A DNA stretch of 63,981 nt, the filler included, from an uncultured bacterium (lineage in GTDB: Bacteria; CAYJOG01): NCBI GenBank assembly GCA_964371695.1. It is 5 parts of 5 records of this genome, joined end to end, with 100 filler letters (N's around TTAATTAATTAA, not from the genome) between each part and the next. Parts side by side here need not be neighbours in the genome. Positions count along the whole stretch, not along the records: positions 13,303 to 26,471 come from CAYJOG010000034.1; positions 26,572 to 39,649 come from CAYJOG010000035.1; 3 more parts are not named here. One strand, given 5' to 3'. A program made the translations under genes and the position numbers. Below, one piece after another: positions 18,701-27,428 of the stretch. The notes beneath the pieces are model-generated. The model had not been told where the DNA came from, searched no databases, and was given only the letters and a program-made list of their open reading frames with translations. Within the stretch, counting starts at the first letter, position 1. Every line of letters begins with the position of its first letter.

Positions 18701-20294
18701 CGGCTGCCATCAGTTCAAAACACTGGTGCTGATCCAGGTCATACAGCCGCAGGCGGCCTTTTTCCTGCTTCACATACAGGTCGGCTTTTTCATTGCGGAA
18801 CGAAGCAAAGCGGTTGAAAAAAGCGTCCCAGGTTTCGTCTTCGGGTTCAAAATCGGCCTTGACCGAACGCCAGGCTTTTTTCAGGTCCGCCACCGAGGCC
18901 GCCGTGAGCGCCCCGGTCTGAAGGCCCTTCAGCATGTCTTCATCCAGGGGGTCCACCTGCTGGCATTCGGCCTGCACGCTCAGTTTCAGGCGGTGGATGG
19001 GGCTTTCGCCGGGCAGGTCGGCCATGGAGGCGACCTCGCCCAGGTGGCTGAGGTCGTTGATGAAAAAGCCTTCGTCCGAGGCTTTCATGGTGTGTTCGGT
19101 GGTGCTGCCCGTGGTGCGGCTCACCACGGGTTCGGTGAAGGTGTCGTCGTGGGCGATGGCGGTGGTGGCGGGGGTAAGCGTAAGGCTCACCGTGCGGCGG
19201 AAGGGGTTGAACAGCTCCTCGCGCACGCGTTTGAGCTTGATGAACTTGTCCTTGGTTTCGGAATAACCGTCGGCGTTGGCGTCCACGCCCAGCAGATAAC
19301 GGGCGTCGAGTTTGAGCAGCAGGGCGTCCATGAAGCTCATGGACTTGAAGGTGTTCTGGGGGCCGTAATAGTTGATCTGCAACTGGCCGTCGTCGTTCAT
19401 GGGCACCTTGCTGATGCGCTTTTTGTCCACGGGAAACGCAGCGTCGGAATCGAAACGTTCAAAGGCTTTGTAGCGTTTCTCCTGCCAGGGCTTGGGCAGG
19501 GGCACGTTTTTCCATTGCTGGTTGCGGAAAAGCGACACGCCGTGCAGCGAATAACCCGGCAAAAAGTAGTTCAGTTCGGTGGCCCTGAGCAGCATGGTCT
19601 CCTTGCGCACCACGCTGTCGTTGTCTTCGGGCTGGTTCACCACCGCCAGCTCGCCGCAGTCGTTCCACAGGGCGTCCGAAGGGCGCAGCACTTCTTCCAC
19701 ATAACCCTGGGCGGTGTGTTCCTGACGCAGGGCGCTGCCGAGAATCACATAGGTTTTCTGAGCCTCACGCCTGCTTTTTTCGCACACGTCGCGGATGGAC
19801 GTGGCGAACAGGGCGTCGTCGCCCGCGATTTTCTCCTGCGTGTTGAAGAAAATATCGAAGTCCACCACGCGGGCGCCCATGCGGTTGAGGTTGGCCACCA
19901 CCTGGCCGGACCAGGAGCGGGGAAAGGGCCACACCTCCGAGAGGTTGTCCTGGCTCTTGTCGTCAATGGCCACAATGCGCACGCCGCCGTTTTTCTCGGG
20001 GCTGGGAGCGGGACCGCGCACCTTGAAGCGGCCGTCCAGCGTGGTGAGGGTGGATTTGTCGTAACCCTCCGTCTTGCTCATCATCATGGTCACACCAAAG
20101 CCAATGAGGCCCGCTATCAGCGTGATGAGCACCACGCGGCCCAGACCGTCGTGCTTGAAGGACATCAGGCGCTTGAGCAGCGACTCCTCTGGTCGGCCGC
20201 CCTTGGCCTTGGCCTTGGGTTTTTTCTCTTTTTTGGCCGCTGGGGCCGGGGGTGTTTTTTCGGGTGTGGCGGCGGGTGTGTCCTGTGGACTCAC
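15735..20294 (-). CDS. Very large CHASE2-domain class III adenylate cyclase (contains a 10-N gap at 18292-18301; start uncertain)
   Basis: CHASE2 motifs IVAIDDKS, WPFPR, DFDIFF, INYYGP, GVEIHANA; cyclase motifs FFSDIRGFT, LDKYIGDAVMAFWG, DYTVIGDTVNLAARLE. Confidence 0.9.
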   Translation of the reverse strand: MSPQDTPAATPEKTPPAPAAKKEKKPKAKAKGGRPEESLLKRLMSFKHDGLGRVVLITLIAGLIGFGVTMMMSKTEGYDKSTLTTLDGRFKVRGPAPSPEKNGGVRIVAIDDKSQDNLSEVWPFPRSWSGQVVANLNRMGARVVDFDIFFNTQEKIAGDDALFATSIRDVCEKSRREAQKTYVILGSALRQEHTAQGYVEEVLRPSDALWNDCGELAVVNQPEDNDSVVRKETMLLRATELNYFLPGYSLHGVSLFRNQQWKNVPLPKPWQEKRYKAFERFDSDAAFPVDKKRISKVPMNDDGQLQINYYGPQNTFKSMSFMDALLLKLDARYLLGVDANADGYSETKDKFIKLKRVREELFNPFRRTVSLTLTPATTAIAHDDTFTEPVVSRTTGSTTEHTMKASDEGFFINDLSHLGEVASMADLPGESPIHRLKLSVQAECQQVDPLDEDMLKGLQTGALTAASVADLKKAWRSVKADFEPEDETWDAFFNRFASFRNEKADLYVKQEKGRLRLYDLDQHQCFELMAAGGNLGQIVKPGGSDWLEQTQAGFFFKGGKALGGVLDLGKAKVAFRTEETENKDSLMQVVASFATRGVPGYLTVADGALWVYDLNQNRVTRHDPRTGEELEVLAFAPQQVMAYQQVVSKYAPVWMLGAQSVKGAXXXXWHEDSKSLLIKNPFTKDLYVYQAGKKPRVAAAQVKLFNPTAGAMAAYVLGYDGVVKRLDLATGQAAVVAGLPTDLKAETLASFSFELMEETESDPVKVQVEKLYLSQQRRLHVFRVDKTPAGLKTRQLIVRYVPKGIQQDYSSNIVDLMVYGNPPFEYDDWVQSLGLTQKYPETGSSLAFTEVLYEPDNEVLRYAVNAMAPAGDGQWQRLVGPNWVIPFDPYTDEFVININEAYPYLDNSEGGSLKPLPITGVGVASGKMHFVFANKIIKQGGQPAPAIQVMGYDNYRRGAVQTATFTEMMGGTLVMIGPTAEALHDNFPTPFYKSSVTTHQMYALIKILYGQDFDDFQPMMRTAGVEIHANAAQTLLDENYLVYPDKRYIIVLAFIVAILGALMPQRMSQLKALGMSAGFLLLWWVVCYLVFIGVSLPVLCALVVFLLTVIVSMEEFVPITLDYYNGASGAKRRGAQFLLGGTALVFATLLVLFALGRVIDGVIWLMEDQTHLFGTAIGLSVYFLFFWGIVFSPQAVAEKIIPKFLWAKTKSTQDQEYHLVKAQESMVHSKKVMLVFVPLILAAAVALYLPGLKTLVVKNVVLDMLMPPMAMFIATMLVTVFMAVTEGRQKNRIKRMFSKYLNAEVVDQLLSNPEGLGLGGKALELTIFFSDIRGFTSISERMTAPELVTFLNEYLTAMTDIVFKYGGTLDKYIGDAVMAFWGAPFPLEDHAERGVRAGVEMQHKLAEMREMWAARGQKETIKIGCGLNTGVCVAGNIGSEKRMDYTVIGDTVNLAARLESITKQYGVGLIVSENTLAHVKDLCFWRALDKIIVKGKTEPVAIFQVLEFKQPWAATQAGE

Positions 20295-20421
20295 GGGCGG
20301 TCTCCTTATAGCGCGGTGCGCGGGCTGGGGATGAAACGACATGATAACGGAAAATGGCGAAAGCCTCTTCAGGCGGCAGGTTGGAGGCTGGCGGTTGGAA
20401 AAGAAAAAAGCCTTCATCGCT

Positions 20422-20612
20422 CCCCCTCTCCCGTGCTTTGCATGGGAGAGGGCAGCCACAGGCTGAGTGATAACGAAACCTGTGGCGGGTGAGGGCGATG
20501 TAAAAAACCACCAAATCAGGTTTTTTGTCTTTTTTTCACGCCCTCACCCGGTTTCCCCGTGGCAAAAGCCACGGGGAAACCACCCTCTCCCAGGCAAAGC
20601 CCGGGAGAGGGA
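20422..20612. repeat. Inverted pair of family C palindromic units
   Basis: CCCTCTCCC..GGGAGAGGG hairpins with GGGTGAGGG / CCCTCACCC. Confidence 0.8.
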
Positions 20613-20643
20613 ACTTTATGCCGCTTTTGTCAAAAACCCCGCC

Positions 20644-22707
20644 TCAGCCGATGATGTCTTTTTTGAGGAACGACATGTAGCTGGCGAAGAAAAACGCCAC
20701 GATAAACACCGCCAGCAGCGCAATGGGCGCGAGCACTTCGTTCAGGCGCTGGTCCATGGCGCGGGGTTTGTATTGGAACACCGGCATGTCGGAGATGTCG
20801 AACTTCTGCTCCTTGAAACCGAAGCTGTTGGTGACGCCCTCTTTGGTGCTGCTGTTGATGCGGTTTTCGATCCAGTTGCGGTAGTCGTCCTGAAAACGGT
20901 TCATGTATTCCCGCAGGTGACGGTCGCGGCCAATGCCCGTGTCGGCCACCTCGGTGGCGGCATAGGTAAAGGCCGAGAGCGGCGAGACAAGGCTCACCAT
21001 CTGCGTCAGCTTGATCTGTTCGTCCAGTTCGCGGCGATAGGCGCGGTCCTGTTCCTCCTGAATGGCGTTGGTGCGGTCGCGCACCTTGGTGAGGGTTTCG
21101 TTGAGGAACTCCTGCAACTTGGCGATGTTGTCCTTGTATTTCTTGAACGCGCCCTTTGCCTCGTTGGCCACTTCGCTCACCACGCCCCCCAGGGCCTCTT
21201 GCGTTTTGGCCTGCATCTGGCTGGCGCTGGTGACAGGTTTGATCTGGTCCACCACATAGGGCGAGGCGTTGGGAATGATGAGCACAAAGATCACCCAGAT
21301 GAACAGCAGCACCGCAATGGCCGTGCTGCTGCGCAGCACCGTCACACTCACGAACAGGCCCACGGAATACATCACCGCGATGTACATGAGCGAAAGCAGA
21401 ATGCACACGCCAAAGGAACTCCAGTCCGCCCCCTGCAGGTTCAGCACCTTGGCCTTCGCCAGCACAAGGATGGCGCTCAGCATCACCCCCACCAGAAAAG
21501 GCAGCAGCAGGCTGATATAGCCGCCTATCCACTTGCCCAGAATCACGAGGTCGCGGGGCACGGAATAACTCAGCAGCAACTTGAGCGTGCCGCCCTCGCG
21601 CTCGCCGGTGACGGCGTCGTAACTGAATATGAACGCCAGCAGGCTCATCACCACGCCCACGATGAAAAGGTAATCCACCATGGGGAACATGTTGGGCGTG
21701 GGGTCAATGTCCATCTCGCCCTGAAAGGCCGGGTTCAGAAAGCTCCACATGCGGGCGCGGCGATCGGGGTTTTTCTCCAGGCCGGTGAAGAATGCCTGGA
21801 GCGTGGTGGGGGGGCGCTCCAGGTTGATGCCTTTCAGCTCCAGGATGTAATAACTGTTCTCGCCCCCCGCGCTGGTGCGGTAACCGCTGGAGTTGGCGTC
21901 GAAACTGTCCTTGCGGGTGGCGTAGTTGTCCAGCAGCACAAAACTGGACAGCGCCATGAGCGCCACGCACATCACCGAGGACACCAAAAACCGGAAGCTC
22001 AGCAGGTGGTTGAGCACCTCTTTGCGCACCAGCGTGGCCAGCATCAGGCCGCTGCTGGCCCCCGGCGTGCGGGGCGGCGGCGTGTAGGGTTTTTCTTCGA
22101 CAGGTTTGAACGCTTTGGCAGGCTTGGGGGGCGCCGTGGGCGCGGGGGCCAGGGGCGCGGGGGCCGCCGCCACGGCCACTGGCGCGGCGGGGGCGGGCGT
22201 GGGCAACGGAGCTGCGGGGGCCAGCACGGCGGGCGCGGGCCGGGGGGCCACCGGCAGCGCCGTGGTGCTCACCGGCGTGCGGGAAAGCCCCTGGGCCGAG
22301 TCGGCAGCCAGGGCGGCATAAACGTATTGCCCCGGCGCGGTGAGCTGGCCCGCTGCGCCCAGTTGGCGGTCCACCTGTTCCAGCAGGTGCGCCATGGCGT
22401 CGGTGTTCTGTTTCAGAAAAAGCGAAAGAGTGGCGGCGCTGGGGCCGTGACTGCCCGTGAGCCAGGCAAAGGGCAACTGCTCGGCGCAGGCCTGGGCCAG
22501 GTGCGTGCTGTCGTTCAGACCCACCCAGCGGCCATAGGCCCACAACTGGGCCAGCAACAGCGGATAGGCCCCCCGCTCGGTGAACAGTTCCGGCGGCAGG
22601 GCAATGCCCCCCAGGCCCACGGCCTCCACTGCGGCGGCCACGGCCCGCACCGGATGCTCCGGTGATATGGCCGCATCGGCCCCCAGGTGGAAAAACCCGC
22701 CGTTCAT
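20644..22707 (-). CDS. ABC-2 type permease with N-terminal transposase-like (DUF772) domain and Pro/Ala linker
   Basis: C-terminal part: KEVLNHLLSFRF, YDAVTGEREGGTLKLLLS, GKWIGG; N-terminus resembles IS1182 transposase N-termini; ATGA overlap with upstream permease. Confidence 0.85.
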   Translation of the reverse strand: MNGGFFHLGADAAISPEHPVRAVAAAVEAVGLGGIALPPELFTERGAYPLLLAQLWAYGRWVGLNDSTHLAQACAEQLPFAWLTGSHGPSAATLSLFLKQNTDAMAHLLEQVDRQLGAAGQLTAPGQYVYAALAADSAQGLSRTPVSTTALPVAPRPAPAVLAPAAPLPTPAPAAPVAVAAAPAPLAPAPTAPPKPAKAFKPVEEKPYTPPPRTPGASSGLMLATLVRKEVLNHLLSFRFLVSSVMCVALMALSSFVLLDNYATRKDSFDANSSGYRTSAGGENSYYILELKGINLERPPTTLQAFFTGLEKNPDRRARMWSFLNPAFQGEMDIDPTPNMFPMVDYLFIVGVVMSLLAFIFSYDAVTGEREGGTLKLLLSYSVPRDLVILGKWIGGYISLLLPFLVGVMLSAILVLAKAKVLNLQGADWSSFGVCILLSLMYIAVMYSVGLFVSVTVLRSSTAIAVLLFIWVIFVLIIPNASPYVVDQIKPVTSASQMQAKTQEALGGVVSEVANEAKGAFKKYKDNIAKLQEFLNETLTKVRDRTNAIQEEQDRAYRRELDEQIKLTQMVSLVSPLSAFTYAATEVADTGIGRDRHLREYMNRFQDDYRNWIENRINSSTKEGVTNSFGFKEQKFDISDMPVFQYKPRAMDQRLNEVLAPIALLAVFIVAFFFASYMSFLKKDIIG

Positions 22708-24104
22708 TTCACGTCGTACCTCATGAACTGCACAAACGCCAGAATGAACGAGAGGATGAGATAACCCGCCAGCACGCCGATTTCCATGGCGCTGTTGTTG
22801 AGGCTGTCTTTGAGCGACATGGCGGTGGGCAGAAAGGGTTTGAGTTTTTCGGTGTCCACGGGGGGCAGGGGCGTGCGGCCCTGATAACGTTCGGGAATCG
22901 TCTCTTTTTTGCCCATGTCGATTTTGGCTTCTTTGGCCATGTCCTTGTAACCGTCGCGGTAAAGCTGGGCCTGAGCGCGCAGGTGCAGATAATCCTGCAC
23001 CCCCGTGCCCGCCATGTTGGTGGCCAGGAACATGTAGGCCGCGCTGGGACTCAGGAGCGAGAAAAATCGGGTCTTGCTGATCTGCTCGCGGATTTTGTTG
23101 CGCTTGATTTCCACCATGGCCCCGAACTTTTCGGAGATGCGTTTCTGCACTTCGTCGTCGCCCCCCAGGCCGCCGCCTTCGCCCGGTTCGCGCCGGGGCT
23201 GGCGATCAAGATTTTTGGCGTATTCCTCTTGCTCTTCCTGCTCAATGGCCATGCGCATGAGCTGCATTTTGCCGCTGCTGGGCACACTCACCTGCTTGGC
23301 GGCCAGGATGGGCGCGATGTTGGGCACCGCCAGCACCATGGCCACCCACACAAACAGGCTGATCATCAGCGTGGTGCCGCTCTGGCCGCTGCTGGTGCTG
23401 ATCAAAAGACCGATGCTGAAAAACACGGCGATGTAAAGCAGCGCCGTGAGATAGAGCATGAACAGGCGCACGGGCAGGTCGCCCGTGAACAGATTGACCC
23501 TGCTCATCATGGCCCCTGTGAGCACCGCCAGCAAAAACGCCACGGTGAACGGCCCCGCCAGACAGACCAGCCCCCCCAGGAACTTGCCCAGCAGCACATT
23601 GGCCTTGCTCACCGGGTTGGTCATCATCAGTTTCAGGGTCTGGTCTTCTTTTTCACCGCTCACGGCGTCAAAGGCGAACAAGAGCGCCAGCAGGCTCAGC
23701 ACGATGTTCACCACATACACAAAATCCGGCGGCGGAAAAAGGCTGAACACCGGGTTGTTGTAGCGGTTGGCCCCCACCTGGGTGCCCATCACCTCGCTCA
23801 GCTCGCTGTAGGTGAGTGCGCGGGTGCGATCCGGCTCGGTGCCAATCGCCAGCACGCTCAGCGGCGAGGGGGGCACCTCCTGCGTGAGGCCAAAGATGGT
23901 GAACTCCTCGCCGCTGGTCATGTTCTCCACGTTGCTCAAGTGGGTTTTGGAAAGCGCCTGATAGGTGTCGTTCTGTTTTTTGTAGTTCAGGCTCATCATG
24001 GCGGTGCTGCTGATGACCAAAAGCAGGAACAACGCCACCGTGACCTGAAAACGGAACTCCAGAAAGTTGTTCCGCACTTCCTTCATGGCGATGACGCCGA
24101 TCAT
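22704..24104 (-). CDS. ABC-2 type transporter permease
   Basis: KEVRNNFLEFRF, FDAVSGEKEDQTLKLMM, GKFLGG; paralog of the downstream permease. Confidence 0.9.
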   Translation of the reverse strand: MIGVIAMKEVRNNFLEFRFQVTVALFLLLVISSTAMMSLNYKKQNDTYQALSKTHLSNVENMTSGEEFTIFGLTQEVPPSPLSVLAIGTEPDRTRALTYSELSEVMGTQVGANRYNNPVFSLFPPPDFVYVVNIVLSLLALLFAFDAVSGEKEDQTLKLMMTNPVSKANVLLGKFLGGLVCLAGPFTVAFLLAVLTGAMMSRVNLFTGDLPVRLFMLYLTALLYIAVFFSIGLLISTSSGQSGTTLMISLFVWVAMVLAVPNIAPILAAKQVSVPSSGKMQLMRMAIEQEEQEEYAKNLDRQPRREPGEGGGLGGDDEVQKRISEKFGAMVEIKRNKIREQISKTRFFSLLSPSAAYMFLATNMAGTGVQDYLHLRAQAQLYRDGYKDMAKEAKIDMGKKETIPERYQGRTPLPPVDTEKLKPFLPTAMSLKDSLNNSAMEIGVLAGYLILSFILAFVQFMRYDVK

Positions 24105-24117
24105 GATTTGAACCCGA

Positions 24118-24858
24118 TCATGACTTGGCGGACACCGTTTTGCCGTGTGTGACGGCGGAATGGATGTAGCGCAGGTAAAGCTCGTTGAGGTCGGCGTGGA
24201 GAAACTCCTCGCGGCTCATGCGTATGACAAAGTTGCCTGCGGCCATGATGCCGATGTTGTCGGAGCAGTCCTTCACGCGGAAGATGTCGTGGGTCACCAT
24301 CATGATGGCCTTGCCTTCGTCGCGCAGTTCCAGCATCAGGCGGATGAACTCGTCGCCGCCCGCCGGGTCCAGGCCGCTGGTGGGTTCGTCCATGAGAATC
24401 ACCGCCGCCTCTTTGAGCATGGCGATGGCGATGCCCACGCGCTGGCGCATGCCCTTGGAGAATGTCTTGACGCGCCGGAGCTGGGCCTCTTGGGCCAGGC
24501 CGGTGCGATAGAGCACGTTGCTGATGTGGTCGCGGCTGTGTTTCTTGCCCGCCAGACGGCTGAAAAACTCGGCGTTCTGGATGGCGTTGAAGTTGCCGTA
24601 GAGCATGACGTTTTCACTCACATAGGCCATGTGCTTTTTGGCCTCCAGCGGGTCTTTGGCCACGTCCACGCCGCACACCCGCACGCTGCCGCTGGTGGGT
24701 TCGGTGAACCCCAGGCACATCATGACGGTGCTGGTTTTGCCCGCCCCGTTGGCCCCCAACATGCTGAACAGCTCACCCGGTCGCACGGTGAGATTCAGAT
24801 GGTCCACGGCCAGGATGCCGCCTTCATATTCTTTGACCAGATCAATGATTTCGAGCAC
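24118..24858 (-). CDS. ABC transporter ATP-binding protein
   Basis: GANGAGKT, FSKGMRQR, MDEPTSGLD, VTHD. Confidence 0.96.
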   Translation of the reverse strand: MLEIIDLVKEYEGGILAVDHLNLTVRPGELFSMLGANGAGKTSTVMMCLGFTEPTSGSVRVCGVDVAKDPLEAKKHMAYVSENVMLYGNFNAIQNAEFFSRLAGKKHSRDHISNVLYRTGLAQEAQLRRVKTFSKGMRQRVGIAIAMLKEAAVILMDEPTSGLDPAGGDEFIRLMLELRDEGKAIMMVTHDIFRVKDCSDNIGIMAAGNFVIRMSREEFLHADLNELYLRYIHSAVTHGKTVSAKS

Positions 24859-24973
24859 AGGTCCTCCCGGAGGCAGGGAGTATATAACACGGCGGCAGCA
24901 TCCTGACGAGTGCGTCAGTGGGGGCGACGTGGGCGTCTATAGCCGTTAACCTTCCGGGAGTAGAGGCGACGCC

Positions 24974-25184
24974 CATTCCTGTCAGGTTTGTGAGAAACGT
25001 CCCGGATTGTCAGGGGTTTTTTGAGGTAGCCCCGGCGTCCCGCCGGGAGTGTCAACCGCGCCAAAGGCGCACACCATTTAGATTCCTTTTTGTATCTCCC
25101 TGAAAAAACCTTGTTTTGCGACGCCTTCGGCGTTTTTTTGCTCCCGGCGGGACGCCGGGGCTACAAATAAACCTGACAGCAATA
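24974..25184. mobile_element. MITE (family D) carrying an inverted GTAG-REP pair, 11-bp target duplication
   Basis: Ends CATTCCTGTCAGG / CCTGACAGCAATA; GAGGCGACGCC on both flanks (24963-24973, 25185-25195); internal GTAGCCCCGGCGTCCCGCCGGGAG and its reverse complement. Confidence 0.75.
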
Positions 25185-25228
25185 GAGGCGACGCCCCCAT
25201 CGCCTTTGCCGCCTGATAAACTGCGGCC

Positions 25229-26305
25229 ATGGCGTCCGTGTTCGGCACGTTGTTCCGCGTGAGCACCTGGGGAGAATCCCACGGTGGCTCGGTGGGGTGC
25301 GTGGTGGACGGCTGCCCGCCCCGTCTGGCCCTGAGCGAGGCCGACATCCAGCCCTGGCTGGACCGCCGCCGCCCCGGCCAGTCAAAACTGGTGACCCAGC
25401 GGCAGGAGGCCGACCGCTGCCGCCTCACCAGCGGCGTGTTCGAGGGCCACACGCTGGGCACCCCCATTCATGTCGAAGTGGACAATGAAGACCAGAAATC
25501 CCAGGCCTACGCCGACTTCAAACACCTCTATCGCCCCAGCCACGCCGATTACACCTATCAGGCCAAATACGGCATCCGCGCCTGGGCGGGCGGCGGACGG
25601 GCCAGCGCACGGGAGACCATTGGCCGCGTGGCCGCCGGGGCCATCGCCGCCCAAATACTCGCGCCCCTGGGCGTGAGCGCCGTGGCCTGGGTGGAGGAAG
25701 TCGGCGGCATTGTGTGTCCGCCCCAGGATTTTGAAACCATCACGCTGGAACAGGTGGAGGCGCACCCCACCCGCTGCCCCCACCCCGACACCGCTGAGGA
25801 AATGGCCGCCGCCATAGAGGCCGCCCGCAAGGCGGGCGCCAGCCTGGGGGGCGTGCTGCGCTGCGTGGTGCGGGGGGCGCCTGCGGGCCTGGGCGAGCCG
25901 GTGTTTGACAAGCTGGAGGCAGACCTGGCCCGCGCCATGCTCAGCCTGCCCGCCAGCAAGGGGTTTGAAATCGGCTCTGGTTTTGCGGGCACACGCCAAA
26001 AGGGCAGCGAACACAACGACCCGTTTTTTATGGAGGGCAGCCGTGTGCGCACACGCACCAACCACAGCGGCGGCGTGCAGGGGGGCATCAGCAACGGCGA
26101 GACCATTCACTTTCGCGTGGCGTTCAAACCCACCGCCACCATTCGCCACGAGCAGGAGACGGTGAGCGAAACCGGCGAATCGGCCCGCCTGAGCGCCGGT
26201 GGCCGCCACGACCCCTGCGTGCTGCCCCGCGCCCCCGTGATGGTAGAGGCCATGGCCCTGATGGTGCTGGCGGATCACGCCCTGCGCCAACGGGCGCTGG
26301 GGTGA
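25229..26305 (+). CDS. aroC: Chorismate synthase
   Basis: [36 protein letters not shown]. Confidence 0.98.
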   Translation: MASVFGTLFRVSTWGESHGGSVGCVVDGCPPRLALSEADIQPWLDRRRPGQSKLVTQRQEADRCRLTSGVFEGHTLGTPIHVEVDNEDQKSQAYADFKHLYRPSHADYTYQAKYGIRAWAGGGRASARETIGRVAAGAIAAQILAPLGVSAVAWVEEVGGIVCPPQDFETITLEQVEAHPTRCPHPDTAEEMAAAIEAARKAGASLGGVLRCVVRGAPAGLGEPVFDKLEADLARAMLSLPASKGFEIGSGFAGTRQKGSEHNDPFFMEGSRVRTRTNHSGGVQGGISNGETIHFRVAFKPTATIRHEQETVSETGESARLSAGGRHDPCVLPRAPVMVEAMALMVLADHALRQRALG

Positions 26306-26471
26306 AGAACAGGAAGGTGTGGCTGAAGGTCTGAGGTTGGAAGTCGGAGGTCGGCGGTTGGCAAAAGAAAAGGCCCCATTGTTCCCGCCGTCATTCCCCA
26401 AACCCCCCCCCGCCGTGCATACCGCGCAAACGGCCGGGCCGTTAAAAAAGGCTAAAAAAACCAATTTATTG

Positions 26472-26571
26472 NNNNNNNNNNNNNNNNNNNNNNNNNNNNN
26501 NNNNNNNNNNNNNNNTTAATTAATTAANNNNNNNNNNNNNNNNNNNNNNNNNNNNNNNNNNNNNNNNNNNN
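26472..26571. other. Artificial contig-join linker
   Basis: N-run/TTAATTAATTAA/N-run. Confidence 0.98.
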
Positions 26572-26768
26572 AGCAAAGGCGATAGCGACACCGCGCCTAC
26601 TCCTTGAATTAAATCTGATGAACCACGAGGGGATCTTTTCCTTTACCACCTTCCAGCTTCCCAAAAAATGAACTTTCATTTGCCCTGAGGCGTGTTATGC
26701 TCAGGCCTCAGGCATTACGCGCCGCGGCTCACTTGGCCAGGACAGCGTTTTTGCCCCAGGTTTTTTCC

Positions 26769-27428
26769 ATGAATGGCGACGCCATAAGGTTATTGGTGGG
26801 TTTGGGAAATCCAGGTCCGCAGTATGTGCAGACAAGGCACAACATTGGTTTCATGGCGCTGGATGCCCTGGCGCGGGTCGAGGGCCTGACTTGGCGCACC
26901 CGTGGCCGGGGGCAAGAGACCATCTGGCACGCAGCGGGCAATAAAGTGGTGCTGCTCAAACCCCTCACCTACATGAACCTGTCGGGCTTCGCCCTCACGG
27001 ACACCATGGCGTTTCACAAGATTCCCCTTGCCCAAACCGCCGTGTTGAGCGACGACGTGGCCCTGCCCCTGGGCACGCTGCGCATGCGTCCGAGCGGCAG
27101 CGCCGGGGGACACAACGGCCTCAAACACATCATCGAGCAGACGGGCACGCAGGACTTCTGGCGTCTGCGACTGGGCGTGGGAGGCAAAAAACACCCTGGC
27201 CAGGAACTGACCGATCATGTGCTGGGGCGTTTTTCGCCCCAGGAACTGCCCGCCGTGCAGGACCTGCTCACCCGCACGCTGAACTGCCTCACGGTGATGA
27301 CCACCGAGGGGCCCCAACTGGCCATGAGCCGCTTCAACACCAGCCCCACCGAAAAGAAAAAAGAAAAACCCGCCGATCCACAGGCGGTGGCAGGGGTTAC
27401 CACCCCGGAGCCGAAAGGACAAGAATGA
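26769..27428 (+). CDS. pth: Peptidyl-tRNA hydrolase
   Basis: LVGLGNPG..Y..TRHNIGF, KPLTYMNLSG, GGHNGLK. Confidence 0.97.
   Translation: MNGDAIRLLVGLGNPGPQYVQTRHNIGFMALDALARVEGLTWRTRGRGQETIWHAAGNKVVLLKPLTYMNLSGFALTDTMAFHKIPLAQTAVLSDDVALPLGTLRMRPSGSAGGHNGLKHIIEQTGTQDFWRLRLGVGGKKHPGQELTDHVLGRFSPQELPAVQDLLTRTLNCLTVMTTEGPQLAMSRFNTSPTEKKKEKPADPQAVAGVTTPEPKGQE

Noticed and set aside
17390-19320. Intein as explanation for the CHASE2 insertion
   Set aside because: No N-terminal Cys/Ser block or C-terminal His-Asn motif seen, no LAGLIDADG motifs, and the region is extracytoplasmic.
16611-20492. 1293-aa plus-strand ORF and similar long ORFs (20467-22665, 31475-34393, 42202-44241, 55308-57374, 62195-63895)
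   Set aside because: Antisense shadows of well-supported genes, expected in high-GC DNA; no recognisable motifs.
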